A stretch of DNA of 63,177 bases, filler included, from Octopus bimaculoides (Eukaryota): assembly GCF_001194135.2 (NCBI RefSeq). It is 5 parts of 4 records of this genome, joined end to end, with 100 filler letters (N's around TTAATTAATTAA, not from the genome) between each part and the next. Parts side by side here need not be neighbours in the genome. Positions count along the whole stretch, not along the records: positions 59,960 to 63,177 come from NC_068993.1; 4 more parts are not named here. One strand, 5' to 3'. Numbering within the stretch: the stretch's first letter is position 1; every line of letters starts with the position of its first letter. Below are positions 62,230 to 63,177 of the stretch, one piece after another. The notes beneath the pieces are model-generated. The model saw only the letters and a program-made list of their open reading frames with translations. It was not told where the DNA came from and searched no databases. A program made the translations under genes and the position numbers.

Positions 62230-62372
62230 GATGTTTTTTTCAGTTTCCGTCTGCCAGATCTAGTCACTAAAGTTTAGGTCGGCCCCAGGACGCTTGCCCA
62301 AGGTGCCACGCAGTGTAACTGAACCCGGAATCATGTGGTTGGGAAGTAAGCTTCTTACTGCACGCCTGCGCC
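62230..62372 (-). mobile_element. SINE family A head
   Basis: cagtttccgtctgccagatc...cttgcccaaggtgccacgcagtgtaactgaacccggaatcatgtggttgggaag. Confidence 0.85.
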
Positions 62373-62989
62373 ATTATATTTTCTTTAAAAGCTACATTTC
62401 TGTGTTCGTTGCTCGACTTACTTAATTCCACAAACAGTGAAATTGAACCAAAATAAAATTTTAAATGTTCAAATAAAGGACTTCATTAGAAAAGAAAACA
62501 CCCCCCCCCAAAACCCCCCACAAAAAAACCCAATTAAATAAAAACAAGATAATCCAATCGTAAAAATGAAATTAGGCGACAAAAACGTGCGAAAATATTA
62601 ATGCAGTTCGTAAAGGTGTTGATATCCATATGGTATCAAGTCCGCCCCCACATCTACTAAAATGAAATCGTATTCCTTCGAGAACGAAGAATGTGGTTGT
62701 TTACAAGCGAAGCACGTAAAAGAGCCGTGTTTTGGAATTCCTTGCATCGAAGAAGTCATTCACAAATAACAGCGAAGCAAACGAGGAACATGTGAACTCA
62801 AATATCCGTCCATCTAACCATCTGTCCCTCCCTGCGTCCATCTATTCATCCGTCTATCTATCTATCTATCTATCTATCTCTATGGACGGACGGTAGACGT
62901 GTCGGCTCTGTAAGTTTTGCCTTTTACATGTTTTAAAAAGTTTGTTTGTAAAATTTATTTTATATACAAAGTTGTATAACAACTTGTAG

Positions 62990-63177
62990 ACTCTCTGGTG
63001 CAAGTTTTTTGCGACGGAAATCTGCCCTGTGTGGCACATTTCCAGGATATAAAAACCAATCTCGGCTTTCTAGCCATTTTTTTTTGAGACGATGGCGTCT
63101 TGTAGCCATGAAAATTTTTGTGAAACGAACGCTGCAGTCTGCAGTGTTTCGTTCGAAAAAGAATTTCCTAGTCTTCC
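62990..63177 (-). mobile_element. Possible mariner catalytic-domain remnant
   Basis: The reverse strand gives ETLQTAAFVSQKFSWLQDAIVSKK...DWFLYPGNVPHRA, reminiscent of TVN...Y...L.RLR.AI..KRP....W.LHHDNAPAH. Frameshifted. Confidence 0.45.

Noticed and set aside
62560-62810. Unique CpG-containing block with short Cys-containing readings on both strands
   Set aside because: The readings are under 40 codons, with no convincing splice sites or recognisable domain.
1-63177. CRISPR array, rRNA, operon or defence-system content
   Set aside because: There is no repeat-spacer periodicity, rRNA motifs or dense ORFs; the sequence is repeat-rich animal DNA.

Overview
AT-rich, microsatellite-dense eukaryotic genomic DNA with 18 assembly gaps. 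The repeat families and the (TA)n/(CA)n/(AAT)n load look like an octopus (coleoid cephalopod) scaffold; this is an inference, no search was run. I find no complete protein-coding gene, rRNA, true tRNA or CRISPR array, and almost all ORFs in the supplied track are artefacts of N runs or microsatellites. The window is dominated by several tRNA-derived SINE families, hAT/TTAA/mariner MITEs and decayed transposon coding fragments (Tx1/L1, RTE, R4/Dong, Penelope-like, Merlin, mariner). The most notable unexplained signals are: (i) several minimal hammerhead-ribozyme-like motifs, one at the centre of a ~370 bp foldback element nested in a hAT MITE; (ii) a shift in CpG decay at about 10-15 kb that suggests a methylation-domain edge; (iii) a chain of minus-strand splice signals with candidate 42-45 nt frame-preserving microexons, suggesting the window lies inside long introns of a minus-strand transcript; (iv) perfect palindromes that may be assembly artefacts. 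Repeat boundaries are approximate unless a TSD or TIR is quoted.
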